Below are positions 25,388 through 38,112 of a stretch of 64,000 nucleotides of DNA, piece after piece (the stretch's first letter is position 1; every line of letters begins with the position of its first letter). The notes beneath the pieces are model-generated. The model ran no database searches, was not told the DNA's origin, and was given only the letters and a program-made list of their open reading frames with translations. Source of the DNA: Amoeboaphelidium protococcarum X5 (lineage: Eukaryota; Fungi; Aphelidiomycota); assembly GCA_023515725.1 (NCBI GenBank), contig JALDTO010000266.1, positions 382,708-446,707 on the forward strand, given 5' to 3'. A program made the position numbers and the translations under genes.

Positions 25388-26323
25388 ATGTTTCAAGTCG
25401 GTATCGCATTAGTAATAGTAACGGGATTAGTGCAAGTAACTCAAGTGGACGCGCACGCTCGACTGGTCATGCCTGTGCCGTTTAACACAAATCCGACTAG
25501 AGCGACTCCGTGCGGTGGATAAGACAGTCCTCTCTCTGCGGCATACATTTAAAATTTCACCATCGGATCTACAGTCACTCTGAATTGGCAACTTATCGCA
25601 TCTGATGGTAGTGGCCCTCTTACTGTGCTGTATGATCAGAGCGGAGGCGTTAACTTTCAGTCGCCTAATAACATCACTGTCCATGGAAATACTCCTCAGG
25701 CTCTGGGTGATTACTCTTTTACAATGACTGTGCCGAATATAACTTGCGGTAACGGTAATCCTAACGTTACAAACTATTGTACCGCATAGGTAAAGAGCTC
25801 TTCAGGCTGGGTCAGTTGCTTTGCCTTTCAAACTGGCAATTTCTCTGGTGCTGTATTCACTCCTCCACCAACAACTTACTGCACTCCTGCCAACTAGCTA
25901 TCTTTCTGCACTTCGCTGAACAACTAGAACATTTTGGTGCCAACAGGCAGCTCTGCTCCTTTGCAAGACGGCCTCATAAGGTAGTATTATGACTCTATCG
26001 TGAATAACACCAACGTCTTTTCAGTCGGTGGATAGTCCTTTGATTGTTAGCAACGTTTAAGATACTATTTGTGCTAGACATAGTTGCCGTACTGTGGTAG
26101 AAGTTCATATCTGAATGCCAACATGAACAAGTGTTATTGTTAGAACACCATGGGTGTGTGTGGACTCACGGAGTAGCATCGTCAGCTGTTCAACTGTTCT
26201 ACGCTCCCAGATTGTCCCAACACTAGTGATGCGTCTTCTTCAGCAGTGCCGTCTATGGGCTGGGTGTTGCTTAGTCGCGTGTTTGACTATGCTCAACAAG
26301 TTGCTCTGCAGCATTTTATTTGA
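25388..26323 (+). CDS. Secreted protein with N-terminal His (Egh16/DUF3129- or LPMO-like domain) and a Cys-rich Frizzled-like domain
   Basis: Signal peptide ending VDA followed by HARLVMP; SDGSGP, VPNITCG...CTAQ...GWVSCFAFQ; second domain FC...DC...YLC..QLPYC...C...C...C. Confidence 0.6.
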
Positions 26324-26571
26324 TGACATTGAAAAATACAAATATGAACGTGGTGATAGAGTAATACTCAACGAATATAGTTCTACATCTCGATACCTGC
26401 TTAAATTTTCGCATCCACTTTGATTTAAAGTAATTTCGTGTCAATTCAATGACAACATTATAGCAGTACGTACTTAATCTTGAGCCACTAACAGCTAAAG
26501 CTAATAAGTGTCGAAATCAGACTAATGTTAAAATTATTTGATTTCAATGTATTTGAAAAACAACAAACTAA

Positions 26572-28218
26572 TCATCTAAATTCTCGCTATTAAGTCGCTT
26601 AAATGAGCTAATTAGCCTCTCTGAGATTACTGTACTGTTAACCCATTTATGAGCCATCCGAATGTATCTAATAACCCCAAGGAGCACCTTCGAATTAGAG
26701 CAGCCATTTGAGATTATCCAAATTCACCAAACGAGTGCAAGTCTTAGTGCAATCCATCTCACCAAACATGACTGACTTTAATACTTTCAGCATCCCAGCG
26801 CGATATTGATCGTCACTTATGATTGCATTCTACCGCATATTCTCATTAATAAGTTACATGCCCAGCCGCGCAAATTCTAATCTATCTTTGGTGATCAGTC
26901 CATACTCGACGAGTAGAAAGTATGGAATCTCTTGACTAGTCTCACACAGCTGTTCAAGTCTCCCACTTCGAATGTAGAACGACGTGAAATAGGAATACTG
27001 AGAGTATTAGACAAAAGCAATAAGCAGACTTTGATCATCTACTAATCCACTACTGACTAGGTACGTTATAACCTTTTCCCATCTTTTCAATATGGCAAAC
27101 TCTAATATAATCTTTGCAGCTTCAACTTCCATAAAATATGAGTTGTCCACAGACTGCTAGCGAGTGAGTCGAGGAGTTATAAGAGAATCTCTGTTAGTTG
27201 TAAATGACTGGACGGACTAATGGTACGCGTTGTCTCGCTACTGAAATTCATTTAATGACTACTGCACATCCAATGGAACAATATTCCTAAAAAATTCATT
27301 CATATTCCCTCCAACCTATTTAGGAGTGGATGAATATGTAAAATCTTGATCATCCAAATCGGCATCGTCCGATTAATACACATCATAATCATGATTTTCG
27401 CTCTCGTAAGAGACACCTTCAGATCCAGATGGATAGCGCTAGAGTTCCGAATCTCTCAGATGATTAACGAAAGCGCCTTAATCATCATTAGCATCGTTTT
27501 AAAGATAATTATGCGCTTAGTATTCGGACCACTAATAATTGCTTTAAGCTTGGGATACAGATGGCAAGTGCTATATATCAGATAAGGGATAATGTTAGAA
27601 AGCAGATGGACCACTACTACTAATACCTTCATCTACGGAGTACAAATTTATTTGTAGAGTTTGAGCATCTTGAAGCATCTACAAAAATTAATCTTCGTTT
27701 AGCATTTAACGCGCCTTAAGCTAGGCGACTAAACCTCGCTCACCACCGAATAGCTTCTCCACCTCCGGCATCTCTGCAAATTTGCGTTAAAGATACTGCT
27801 GGATGTCAACAGAATTAGCAATCTGATACATCTACCGTTAAGTGGCTTTATAATTCAACTTTGAAGCTCTATCATGACCAAGCTTTTAATATATTTGATA
27901 GTGGACTTCATTAGGCAAATTGCTAAATCCAGTAGAGCCCCTATCCTCCACATCAGATGGCTTAGTGGATTATTGCAGACCATCTATACTGTCTTAATCC
28001 TTAGATTACGGCATCTATCTACGCGTCACATCTACAGACTACGATTCACCACCATTCACATATGAGCCCAGACGACTATTACGCGGCCGCTGATCCCGTC
28101 TAGAATTACTGGAAGCATCCACATCTTTATCTTATAGCGAATTGATCCCCATGCCTGACGCGTACTGTTACAGATTAATTAACACCAAGTATATGTATAA
28201 TCTATGAATCCAAGACAT
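26572..28218 (-). CDS. Hypothetical protein with signal-like N-terminus and F-box-like motif (548 aa)
   Basis: Open table-6 frame; MSWIHRLYIYLVLINLQQYASG; FSNLPNEVHYQIYQKL at ~27880-27925. Confidence 0.55.
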
Positions 28219-28564
28219 CAGGCAGTAAAAAAGACAGACAGCCTATCTATATTTATTTAGAAAGTAATGATGAATATCAAAAATAAGAGGATTAAATGCA
28301 GCGGAATCTAAAGTAATGATTTCAAGATTTACCATGTGAATCCATGTTACATTCAGAGGCCGCTCAAACATGTCGCAGCTCACCGCACACAAAAGTGTTA
28401 CCTTACACATTACGCGCGGATCATTGTTAATACATTAATTGAAACACCACAGAAAATGAGTTGACGCCTAGCCATACACCTGATAAGCATTAAACTTTTG
28501 TAAACCGCTTTATAACCGTTTGTACATCCAATCAATCAAATCATCACTGCATGCAGGTCCGGCC

Positions 28565-28578
28565 GTTGTCATGGCAAC
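28565..28578. promoter_or_regulatory. RFX-type X-box palindrome
   Basis: GTTGTCATGGCAAC, one mismatch from GTTGCCATGGCAAC, in the divergent promoter 140 bp upstream of ATG 28718. Confidence 0.4.
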
Positions 28579-28717
28579 TCAATGTTGTCCATTAGCCTTC
28601 TGCCATTCGTTCACTCAATCATTCAACAACTGCACTACCTTTGATTGATCTGTTACAACATTGACTATTTATATAAAACATTTATCTTTGATCCTATTTA
28701 CTTCATAAAAGTTTAAA

Positions 28718-31017
28718 ATGACTGACAATCAGCCGCAGATCGTTAGACTTTTAGACTCTACTGGATTGACAGTACTGGACAGTATTGACTGCGAGTATGA
28801 AGACTCATTCTGTCTAGAGACTTTTGGAGATCTAATCACGCAGGCTGAGGAAGTTGAACCCAAAGGTATGTAATATCACCATTGGCATCAATTGTGACAC
28901 TGTAATTTAATTCTAGCGAATACTTTGTAGGATCGAAACATTTTATTATAGCAAGAGTCCAGACATGGGATCACAAACAACCTGGACGTGCCTTCTACTC
29001 TTACTACCATGCCCACCATTTGAACAAGTTGCTCTTTCAGACTCAAGTCTACTTGGACAAGAAGCTTATACATAGACTGCATGTAATGAACCCATTAACC
29101 AATACTGATATAATCGGCAATGTGCTGTACTTTATAGTAGTTGGTAGATCTGACAATGAGATGGCTGGAGCTGTGACTGCTGCAAAGAAGCAATCACTGG
29201 GCAGTAAAAATGATAATGGTATTAAGGCAACAGCCGCTATCGAATCTGCATCATCACCTCCATCGGACTAGGTATCAACTACTCGTCCCAAAGTTACAAT
29301 TAAAGTGGATACTGCTGCTAATACCAGAGGAGACTCTACGAAGCCTAAATTGAATTTTATTGCTCATCCACCGACACCATCAGTCTCCCGGATGCCACCA
29401 TTGCAGAATGACACTGCCATGCTGAATCGTGCGTTCCATCATCAACTGCCTGTGCTGGACGAGGACGAAGATGCTGAGGATGGTTACGCTTAAGGCGGTT
29501 CTGTGGGAGGTGATAATCCTAATAATAGCGAATATGATAGTGCACCTCAATCACCTGCTAAATCTATACTGTTTGAGAAATTGTAGAGTCCACTCGAGTT
29601 GGCCAATAATGGCTGGACATTGAAGGGTACTGTGACTTCAGAGGTTGGTACAAAAGAGTAGTTGATGGTGGAAAAGCTACCATCTCCCTCCATAAGATCT
29701 GCATATGGTACGAGATAAAATCCGTTTTCAGCTTATCCATCGAGTCCTTTAAGGGCCGAGTTTGGTGCTGGTGCTGCAACAAGCGGTGGAAAGAAGGCGT
29801 CCAGAAGGACATCCTCTTAAGCTCTGAAGGGAGCCATTGACAAGCAGATCAAGGGCGCTAAAGGATTTAATTAATTGTAAGAGTCCTCATCAAACTTGAT
29901 TGAATCGCAGTAACAGTAACAATATAATAGTGGCAGTTAGGAGACTTAATAGAAATAAAATCAACCCTCTGGCAGTGGGGTGAAATTTGATGTGCCTTCA
30001 AATACCAAAGCAGGGGAGAATAACATCAAAGGTGGAAAGAGGACTCCTGTGAATCTGACTGTAAGTACTGCGTTAAATGTCAATGTATCCAGTGGTCCAA
30101 AGACGGCAGATGTTAATGGATTAAAGTAGAGACGCCGCTAGAATGCACCCATCACACCGTCCCCATTCCGACCTCCACTATCTGCGTTCCCATACTTGGA
30201 TGAACGCGTGTAGAACAAGCTGGCCGCCATAGTTCCTACTGGATAGATTACACAGAGAGGAGCACCGCTGACTCCAGTCTAGGCTCTGGCAGTTATTCCA
30301 CCATCCTCCAAGCAGCGTCGAAGATAATTGAGTTTTATGAACAGTGTAGAGAGTAGTGGATCATTTAATGCCACCATTGAAGATTGGCAAAAGATGAAGA
30401 GTCAAGAGCAGCGACCCAAGATTAGCACTAGAAATGATTAGCTAGTCTAAATACAGATTTCTAGTGCTAGAAGTGATGACCTAGAAGATGATGAGGATGA
30501 TAATGGAGTTGAAGATTTGCAGAGTAGAAGTGGAAAGTATGACGAAGTGAAGCCCTTCGGTGGACTGAACATTGTGGCAGTGGAAGATGTTGATTCTCTG
30601 AGCCGAACATAGCAAGAGTAAACTGTAAACTAAAAGAAGAGTGATGTGGTCTCATTTGATGCTGTTCTGTTGGCAACTGACGGAGATTTTTTGGAGCAGT
30701 CTAGAATTAGAGCCATTTTCAGGGAGAATGCTGTACACTAGCCAGATGCAGTGCTCTTTGAAATGCCTCCATTCACAGGTGATGATAACAATGATGGGGT
30801 GACGAACGCTTTAAGAGGAAATAGGCTACTGACGGATGAAGGTGTAATTCCATGTGACTTTTGCTTCCCCACAGACTAACAGTTGAATCATCCTAATCCG
30901 TATCTACGTGTATTCCATCAACTAAAGTGCTACTTTCTGATTATAGTTCTCACAGCGGCTATCGTTGGATTTATCTACCTGGTTGCCAATCGCTCATCTC
31001 CTCCATCTGGCAGTTGA
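28718..31017 (+). CDS. DUF5092-like protein with C-terminal transmembrane helix, intron 28866-28930
   Basis: FIIARVQT...FYSYYHAHHLNKLLF...NPLTNTDIIGNVLYF; ATDGDFLEQSRIRAIFRENA; TM YFLIIVLTAAIVGFIYLV. Family name from recall only. Confidence 0.6.
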
Positions 31018-31196
31018 ATTTTATCAACTATGATCTGGATATAGTTTAATGAATAGATTATGTGCGTTGACAGTATAATGTTAGAAAGTGAATAAATGAT
31101 GAGTATGATGACGTGAAATGTGAAGAATAGAATTGAATGCACAAATTAATGTTGATCGCAAGAAGTTAATTTCAATTGATTCATTAGTCCTTAAAA

Positions 31197-32153
31197 TCAC
31201 AACTTGCTGTTAGCACCAGATTACTACGTGTAATCATAGAATCCACGACCAGATTTGCGACCCAACTTGCCTTCACTCACCATCTTTACTAATAGCTGAC
31301 TCTTCTTAAAGTCTTTAGGGAAAACGCCTTTATCTTCCCATCCATCAACTATAAACTTGAGCGTGTCCAGTCCAACCATGTCCGCTAATGTAAATGGGCC
31401 CATAGGATATCCGGCGCCCAACTTCATCGCGGTATCAATATCCTCTACAGAAGCATCGCCTCTCTCATAAAGCGATATGGCCTCAATCATGTAAGGCACC
31501 AGCAGTCTATTCACAATGAATCCGGGCGTATCTTTACACTTTACCGGAGACTTGCCTAGAGTCTTACTGAACTCAACCAGAGATCTAAAAGTCTAATCAG
31601 ACGTTCCACCAACAGATCCATTTGCCAGCGGACTTAAATTGACCACTTCAACCAGCTTCATCAGCGGTACTGGATTAAAAAAGTGCAAGCCAGCCCATAG
31701 TCCAGAGCGCTTCTGGTTACCACCATCTTTTCCATGCACACCGCTCATGATCTAAGTGATTGGAATAGAGCTAGTGTTTGAGGCTAGTATAGTGTGTTAG
31801 GGAGCGATTGCATTCAACTTCTTGAATAGAGAAATTTTAGCATCCAAGTTCTCAACAATCGCCTCAATGACCAAATCGCAGTCTTTCGCAATAGCTCCGC
31901 CAGACTCCAGACTGGTACTGGTAGATATGTTTGCCATGACTTGGCTGGTCCAATGCTTCGCCTCATCACCGGAATCCTTATACTTCTTCGCTGCCATCTT
32001 GGCCAAGTTCTTTTCTATGGACGTCACTCCTTTACTCAAAGCCTTCTAGCTGGCGTCAATCAGGCTCACCTACAGTCCACTCTGTGCCACAACATGCGCT
32101 ATTCCACTTCCCATCAGTCCCGCTCCAACTACCGCCACCTTTTTAATAGTCAT
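31197..32153 (-). CDS. HADH: 3-hydroxyacyl-CoA dehydrogenase with peroxisomal PTS1 (SKL)
   Basis: [61 protein letters not shown], ending QQSGANSKL-TGA. Confidence 0.93.
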
Positions 32154-32378
32154 ATCTGTACTTTATTTCACTATTTGCTCTTAGGCGAAACTGCTATTTA
32201 CCTGGAGTAAGATAAGAAATGTGAAAGTTTCTCTTATGAGCGAATTCTATGCAAAGAAACAACACGGCTTGGTCGTATCAAGTTTGTAAGAAGACAACTT
32301 GCTATAAAATACTACAATTTACTTGGATCGATCATTTACATTTCATTTATTCCGTTAATTACTTCAGCAATAAGATTC

Positions 32379-35012
32379 TCATAGATGCTCTTCAACAGCC
32401 ATCTCGTCGCCACCTTTAATTCCGACATTGAATGTGAGATTTCCATCCAGCATATCGATAGTAACGACACAATGATCTACGACAGTGCCAGCGATAATCA
32501 TCTTGGACAGTTCGGTAACAATATTCTTCTCCAGATATCTCTTAAGAGGCCTTGCACCAAAGTTAGGATCATACGCAACCTGGCCAATGTGACTAGCTGC
32601 AGCCTCTGACACGACCAAATCGATATCCTTCTACTCTTTCAATCTCTTTTTCACGTCAGCAAGCTGTATCAACACAATCTTTTCCAGGTCAGCATCAGTC
32701 AGAGGATTAAACACGATTATGTTGTCAATTCTGTTGATAAACTCTGGTCTCAAGCTCTGATGTACGGCGCGCAATACAGCATCCTTATTCTATTATGAGA
32801 CGGTACCTGTCTAAGCAATAGCCTCAGTCAGGAGATGACTACCAATATTTGAGGTCATGATAATCACACAGTTGCTAAAGTCCACAACTCTTCCCTTACC
32901 ATCAGTTAGGCGTCCATCGTCCAATACTTGCAGCAAAATGTTTAACACATTCAAATCAGCCTTTTCAATTTCATCAAATAGCACAACGCAATATGGATTT
33001 CTACGCACTTTCTCCGTCAATTGACCACCAGATTCATAGCCAACATAACCAGGAGGAGAGCCAATCAGTCTATTCACAGTGTGAGATTGCTGATACTCAG
33101 ACATGTCAATACGTACTACAGCCTTCTCATCATCAAAGAGCTCAAATGCCAACGCCTTCGCCAATTGCGTCTTGCCCACACCGCTAGATCCCAAGAAGAG
33201 GAATGATCCATACGGAGCATTAGCCCGAGACAATCCTGACCTGTTCCTTAGCACTGCATCTGCCACGGCTTCGACTGCTTCATCTTGTCCGACCACCTTA
33301 CGCCTCAAATGATCAGCCAATTGCAGAAGTCTTTAAGATTCGGAAGCATTCAATCTATTGACAGGAATTCCAGTCCATTTAGCAATGATCTGGCAAACTT
33401 AGTCTTCAGTCACAACTTCCTGCACCATACGATCCGCCTCTGGAATCTAATTCTTCTCTTCGGCAGCCTTGAGTTCGGCGATCTGCTTCTCCAGATCTGG
33501 AATAGCAAAGTACTTGATGTCAGCTGCCAATTGCAAATCTCTGCGACGTTCAGCATCAGCCATCTTTCCCTTCAATTCATCCAATTTCTAGTTGAGCTGC
33601 TAAATTTGCGTAATTCTAGATCTCTCATTCTGCAACTTCATATTCAGAGGCTTCAACTGCTCTTCAACTTTGGATAACTCCTCTTTGATCTTGGCCAGGC
33701 GCTACTTGGACACTGGATCTGATTCCTTGTTCAGAGCATGTTCCTCAATTTCCAACTATAGCTTTTTACGTTCCAGCATATCAATTACCTCTGGTCTAGA
33801 ATCCCTTTGAATTCTAACAGTAGCACAGGCTTCATCCAGAACATCAATAGCACTATCAGGCAGAAATCTATGTGAGATATAACGCTTTGCCAGAGTGGCA
33901 GCGGCAACGATAGAGGCATCAGCAATCTTGATTCCATGGAATGCCTCATACTTGTCCTTCAAACCACGCAAAATACTTATAGTGTCAGGAACAGTAGGCT
34001 CACGAACCATCACTTGCTGGAATCTTCTCTCGAATGCAGCATCCTTCTCAACATGTTGCTAATATTCTTCCAAAGTGGTGGCTCCAATGACTCTGATCTG
34101 ACCACGAGCCAAGGCAGGCTTTAGAATATTAGCAGCATCAAGTTGGCCTTGATTACCTCCAGCTCCCAGGGCCAGATGTAGTTCATCGATAAACAAAATA
34201 ATTCCACCATTAGACTCTTCCACAGTCTTGATGACTTCAGTCAGACGCTCTTCAAATTAACCGCGATAGGAAGCGCCTGCAACCAGAGCAGCCATACTCA
34301 AACTGTACACCTGGCACTTAAGACTCTCAGGAACATCACCGCGAACTATTCTCTAAGCTAGTCCTTCAACGATAGCAGTCTTGCCAACACCAGGATGTCC
34401 GATGAGCACAGGATTATTCTTGGTCCTTCTACACAGAACCTGGATAGTACGGCGAATCTCTTCATCCCTACCAATAATGGGATCCAGCTTATTCTACTCA
34501 GCCAACTTGACCATGTTCACAGCGTACTTCTCCAGCGCCTCATAATGCTCCTCGGCATTCTTTGATGAGACTCTTCTATTTCCCTTCACTGACTTGATGG
34601 CATTCACCACCAGATCCTTCTTCAGACCAATCTCAGTCAAGAGTTCTGCCACCTGCTTATCATCATACAGAGCCACTAGCAGATGATCAACAGCCATCAG
34701 CGCGTCTCCAGCATCTTTCTTTACAGTTTCAGCCTTTCTCAAAACGCTCATCATACCATGACTAAAGTTGATATTATCAGGTGGTGGGTGCTGAGATGGC
34801 AACTTTACCAGGGCTTTACTCAGTGTACGATCGACAACCTGCTTTTCAATGCAGAATCTTTCCAGTAGAGACTTGCCAATTCCACCATCTTGAAATATAG
34901 CAATCGCCACATGGAGAGGATAGATCATTGGATTGCCATTCTCTTCAGCCAAACTATGAGCCTTTGAAATGATCTTTTGAGTATTATCTGTAAACTCTTC
35001 AACGTTAACCAT
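32379..35012 (-). CDS. HSP104: Hsp104/ClpB disaggregase
   Basis: Clp N-domain, [62 protein letters not shown]. Confidence 0.96.
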
Positions 35013-35691
35013 AATTGTTATTATTATTAGTAGTATTACTTCAATTGTTGTATGTTAAAAAGAGTGAGAAGAAGGAGGAGTACCACCAAAGGATTTGGCA
35101 GTTTTATGATACAACGTTGAAATCACACTGGCGTCAACGCGAATCATCTGGAATCCGCTGGATCATCGTCGTTGATCACCTAAACTTCAAGCTTCCTTTA
35201 CATCCCACCAGCTCCGTGCTTGACACTAAAAATACTCATAAAATGAAATTAAGAAGTTAATGAAAGCATAATATTTATATTCTGGTCAGAATGCTGTAAA
35301 ATATGAGGTTTCAAGTAAGTCTTATAATTTTGTATAGCAACGTTGAATAGTAAGTAAGCCTTCATTTAAAACAATCGTGTTGCCAACTTACTACTTTCCA
35401 ATATAATCGCCCTTCAAAATATTAAAAGATATTTAGAGAAGAAATTAAAGACTAATGTTCTGCGTGAGATATCATGGAGTACTCGCTTTAGAGAGATGGG
35501 CGCCACCTTACTCCAGTCTCCACGCGCCAGCTGTTCAATCGCGCGTTCCCTGAACAAACTCACAGTCGGCCGGCCAGCCAAGTTTGTCAGGCGATCAAAC
35601 TCGCTCTCAATGTTTCCCGCCCGGCCTCTTTCTCTTCGATTTAGCGTGATCGCTAGACAACACAACTTCGCACGAATCTTGGAAGCTAACA

Positions 35692-37861
35692 ATGCTAGAG
35701 GAAGCTGCTAAATTCATTGTTCCGATAGTCTTAGTGACTGTTGTCGCTGGCTTCTTGTTTGGCCGTAATAACTTTCAGGTGAGACAGGCGCCTAAGTTGC
35801 AATCGTAAGTTTTCGTATGTTGATTGCATGGCTGTTATACATCATCTAATTCATGTTCTCACATACACACTGTGTAGAATTCCATCGAGCGAGAAGAAGC
35901 AGGGTGAAAGTGCCATCTACAGACACCCAAAAACGCCTCATGGTGGTCCTCTGTTGAAGGGACATCCTCAATATCCTGAGGTGACCACGTTCTATGAAGG
36001 ATTCCAGTCTGGTGTCAAAAAGGCTGGTGCTAGACATTGTATGGGCACTCGTGTCGGCGATGGTCCATATGTGTGGGAAACTTACAGTGAGATTGAGTAG
36101 CGTGTGAAAGCACTTGGATCTGGATTGCGCGAACTTGGTCTCATCAGTGAGAGAACTAATGGTCAGGATATTAAGGGTACTTAGATGGTTGGTATCTATG
36201 CAAAGAATTGCCCAGAGTGGCTGATCACTTAGATTGCTTGCAGTGCCTACTCATTCGTTGTGGTCCCTCTGTATGACACACTGGGCCACGATGCTATCAA
36301 GTATATCATCAACTAGGCAGAGTTGTCTGTGGTTATTGTAGAGCCTGGTAAGTTGCAGAATCTGTTGCAATGCGCCAATAGTTGCCCATCTTTAAAGTAT
36401 GTTGTCAAGATGGGCTCTTCGCTCACTCAAGAAGAGAAGCAGTTAGCCAAGCAGTTGAGTCCAAGTGTGAGTCTGATGTACTTTAAGGGAGTGGAAGCTT
36501 TGGGTAAAGAGAATTTGAAGCCTGTTGCACCTGCAAAGCCAGATGATTTGCTCACCATCTGTTACACTAGTGGCACTACTGGTGATCCTAAAGGTGTCAT
36601 GATCACGCATGAGAATATTGTCGCCGAAGCAGCTGGTGTTTTTTCCACTTTCCCCGAAGATTTGGTCTTGGATGAGAATGAACTGCATCTTTCATTTCTT
36701 CCACTGGCTCATATTTTTGAGCAGTTGATTGCAATTGCAATTTTGACTGTTGGTGGAGCTGTGGCCTTCTACCGCGGAGACGTTCTCAAGCTGCTGGATG
36801 ATCTGCAGTTCAGTAAGCCAACCGTGTTCCCTGCTGTGCCGCGTCTGCTTAATAGAGTTCACGATAAGATTTGGTAGACTGTGAATGAGGCATCTGCATT
36901 GAGAAGATTCATCTTTAAGTTTGCTCTTGAGCAGAAGAGAAAGCTGCTGCGTCGTGGTATTGTGACCAAGGATTCTTTTTGGGATAAGTTGGTGTTCAAC
37001 AAGATCCAGGCTCGTCTTGGTGGTCGTGTCAAGTTGATGGTGAGTGGTGCTGCGCCAATCTCCCATGAGACAATTGAGTTTTTCCGTATTGTATTTGGAT
37101 GTGAAGTGCTGGAGGGATACGGTTAGACGGAGACTGCCGCTGCTGTTGTAGCAACTTGTGTCGGAGATTACAGCTTTGAGTATGGAAGTCATGTTGGATG
37201 TGTTATTCCATGTAATGAGATCAAGTTGGTTGATGCACCTGAATTGGATTACTTGAGTACTGACAAGCCACATCCTCGTGGTGAGGTCTGTGTTAGAGGA
37301 TACAATGTGTTCAAGGGATACTACAAGATGTCTGATAAAACTGCCGAGACTTTGATTGACGGCTGGAATCATTCTGGTGATATTGGAATGTTCTTGCCTA
37401 ATGGTACATTGAAGATCATTGACCGTAAGAAGAACTTGTTCAAGTTGGCTCAGGGTGAGTACATCAGTCCGGAGAAGATTGAGAATGTGTATGTGAAGTG
37501 TCATTTGATTGAACAGTGCTTTGTGTATGGCAACTCTTTGGAGCACTGCCTGATTGGTGTCGTGATTCCTGATGAAGAATGTGCCAGAAAGTGGGCCCAG
37601 GATAATGGTAAGCCGGCAGATGTGGCAGCTCTTTGTGAAGATCCTAAGTTCAAATAGGCACTTATCAAGGAGATGAAGGAGCAGGCCAAGTAAGCTAAAT
37701 TGCATAGCTTTGAGCAGTTGAAAGATTTCATTGTGGACCATGAAAAGTTCACCGTTGAGAACAATCTATTGACTCCGTCTTTCAAGCTGAAGCGCAAAGA
37801 GACGAAGCAAAAGTATGAGTCCCAACTCAATGACATGTACCAGAAGATGAAGCAAAAGTGA
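35692..37861 (+). CDS. Long-chain fatty acyl-CoA synthetase, intron 35805-35877
   Basis: YTSGTTGDPKG, SFLPLAHIFE, EGYGQTE (Q = TAG), HSGDIG, IIDRKKNLFKLAQGEY. Confidence 0.95.
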
Positions 37862-38112
37862 ATAAATATTGAATAAGGTTATATAAATTTAAGTCTTATA
37901 TCCTTGTTCAAGCTTATACTGGGTCATGTGGGTTAATCGATCATTGGTACACTTTAAAAAGCTCCAGCAATCTTTTCATTGGGGTCCCCACCTAGCCCCT
38001 TAATAGCAGAGTAACAGTATAGTACGAGCATAACGATAAGCAATTACAAAACACTTCTATGATTTAGTGATCAGATGTTAAGCAAGGCGCAATAGAGTCT
38101 CTTGCAAGACCT

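Noticed and set aside
35015-35690. Heat-shock elements upstream of HSP104
   Set aside because: No clear triple nGAAn array is visible.
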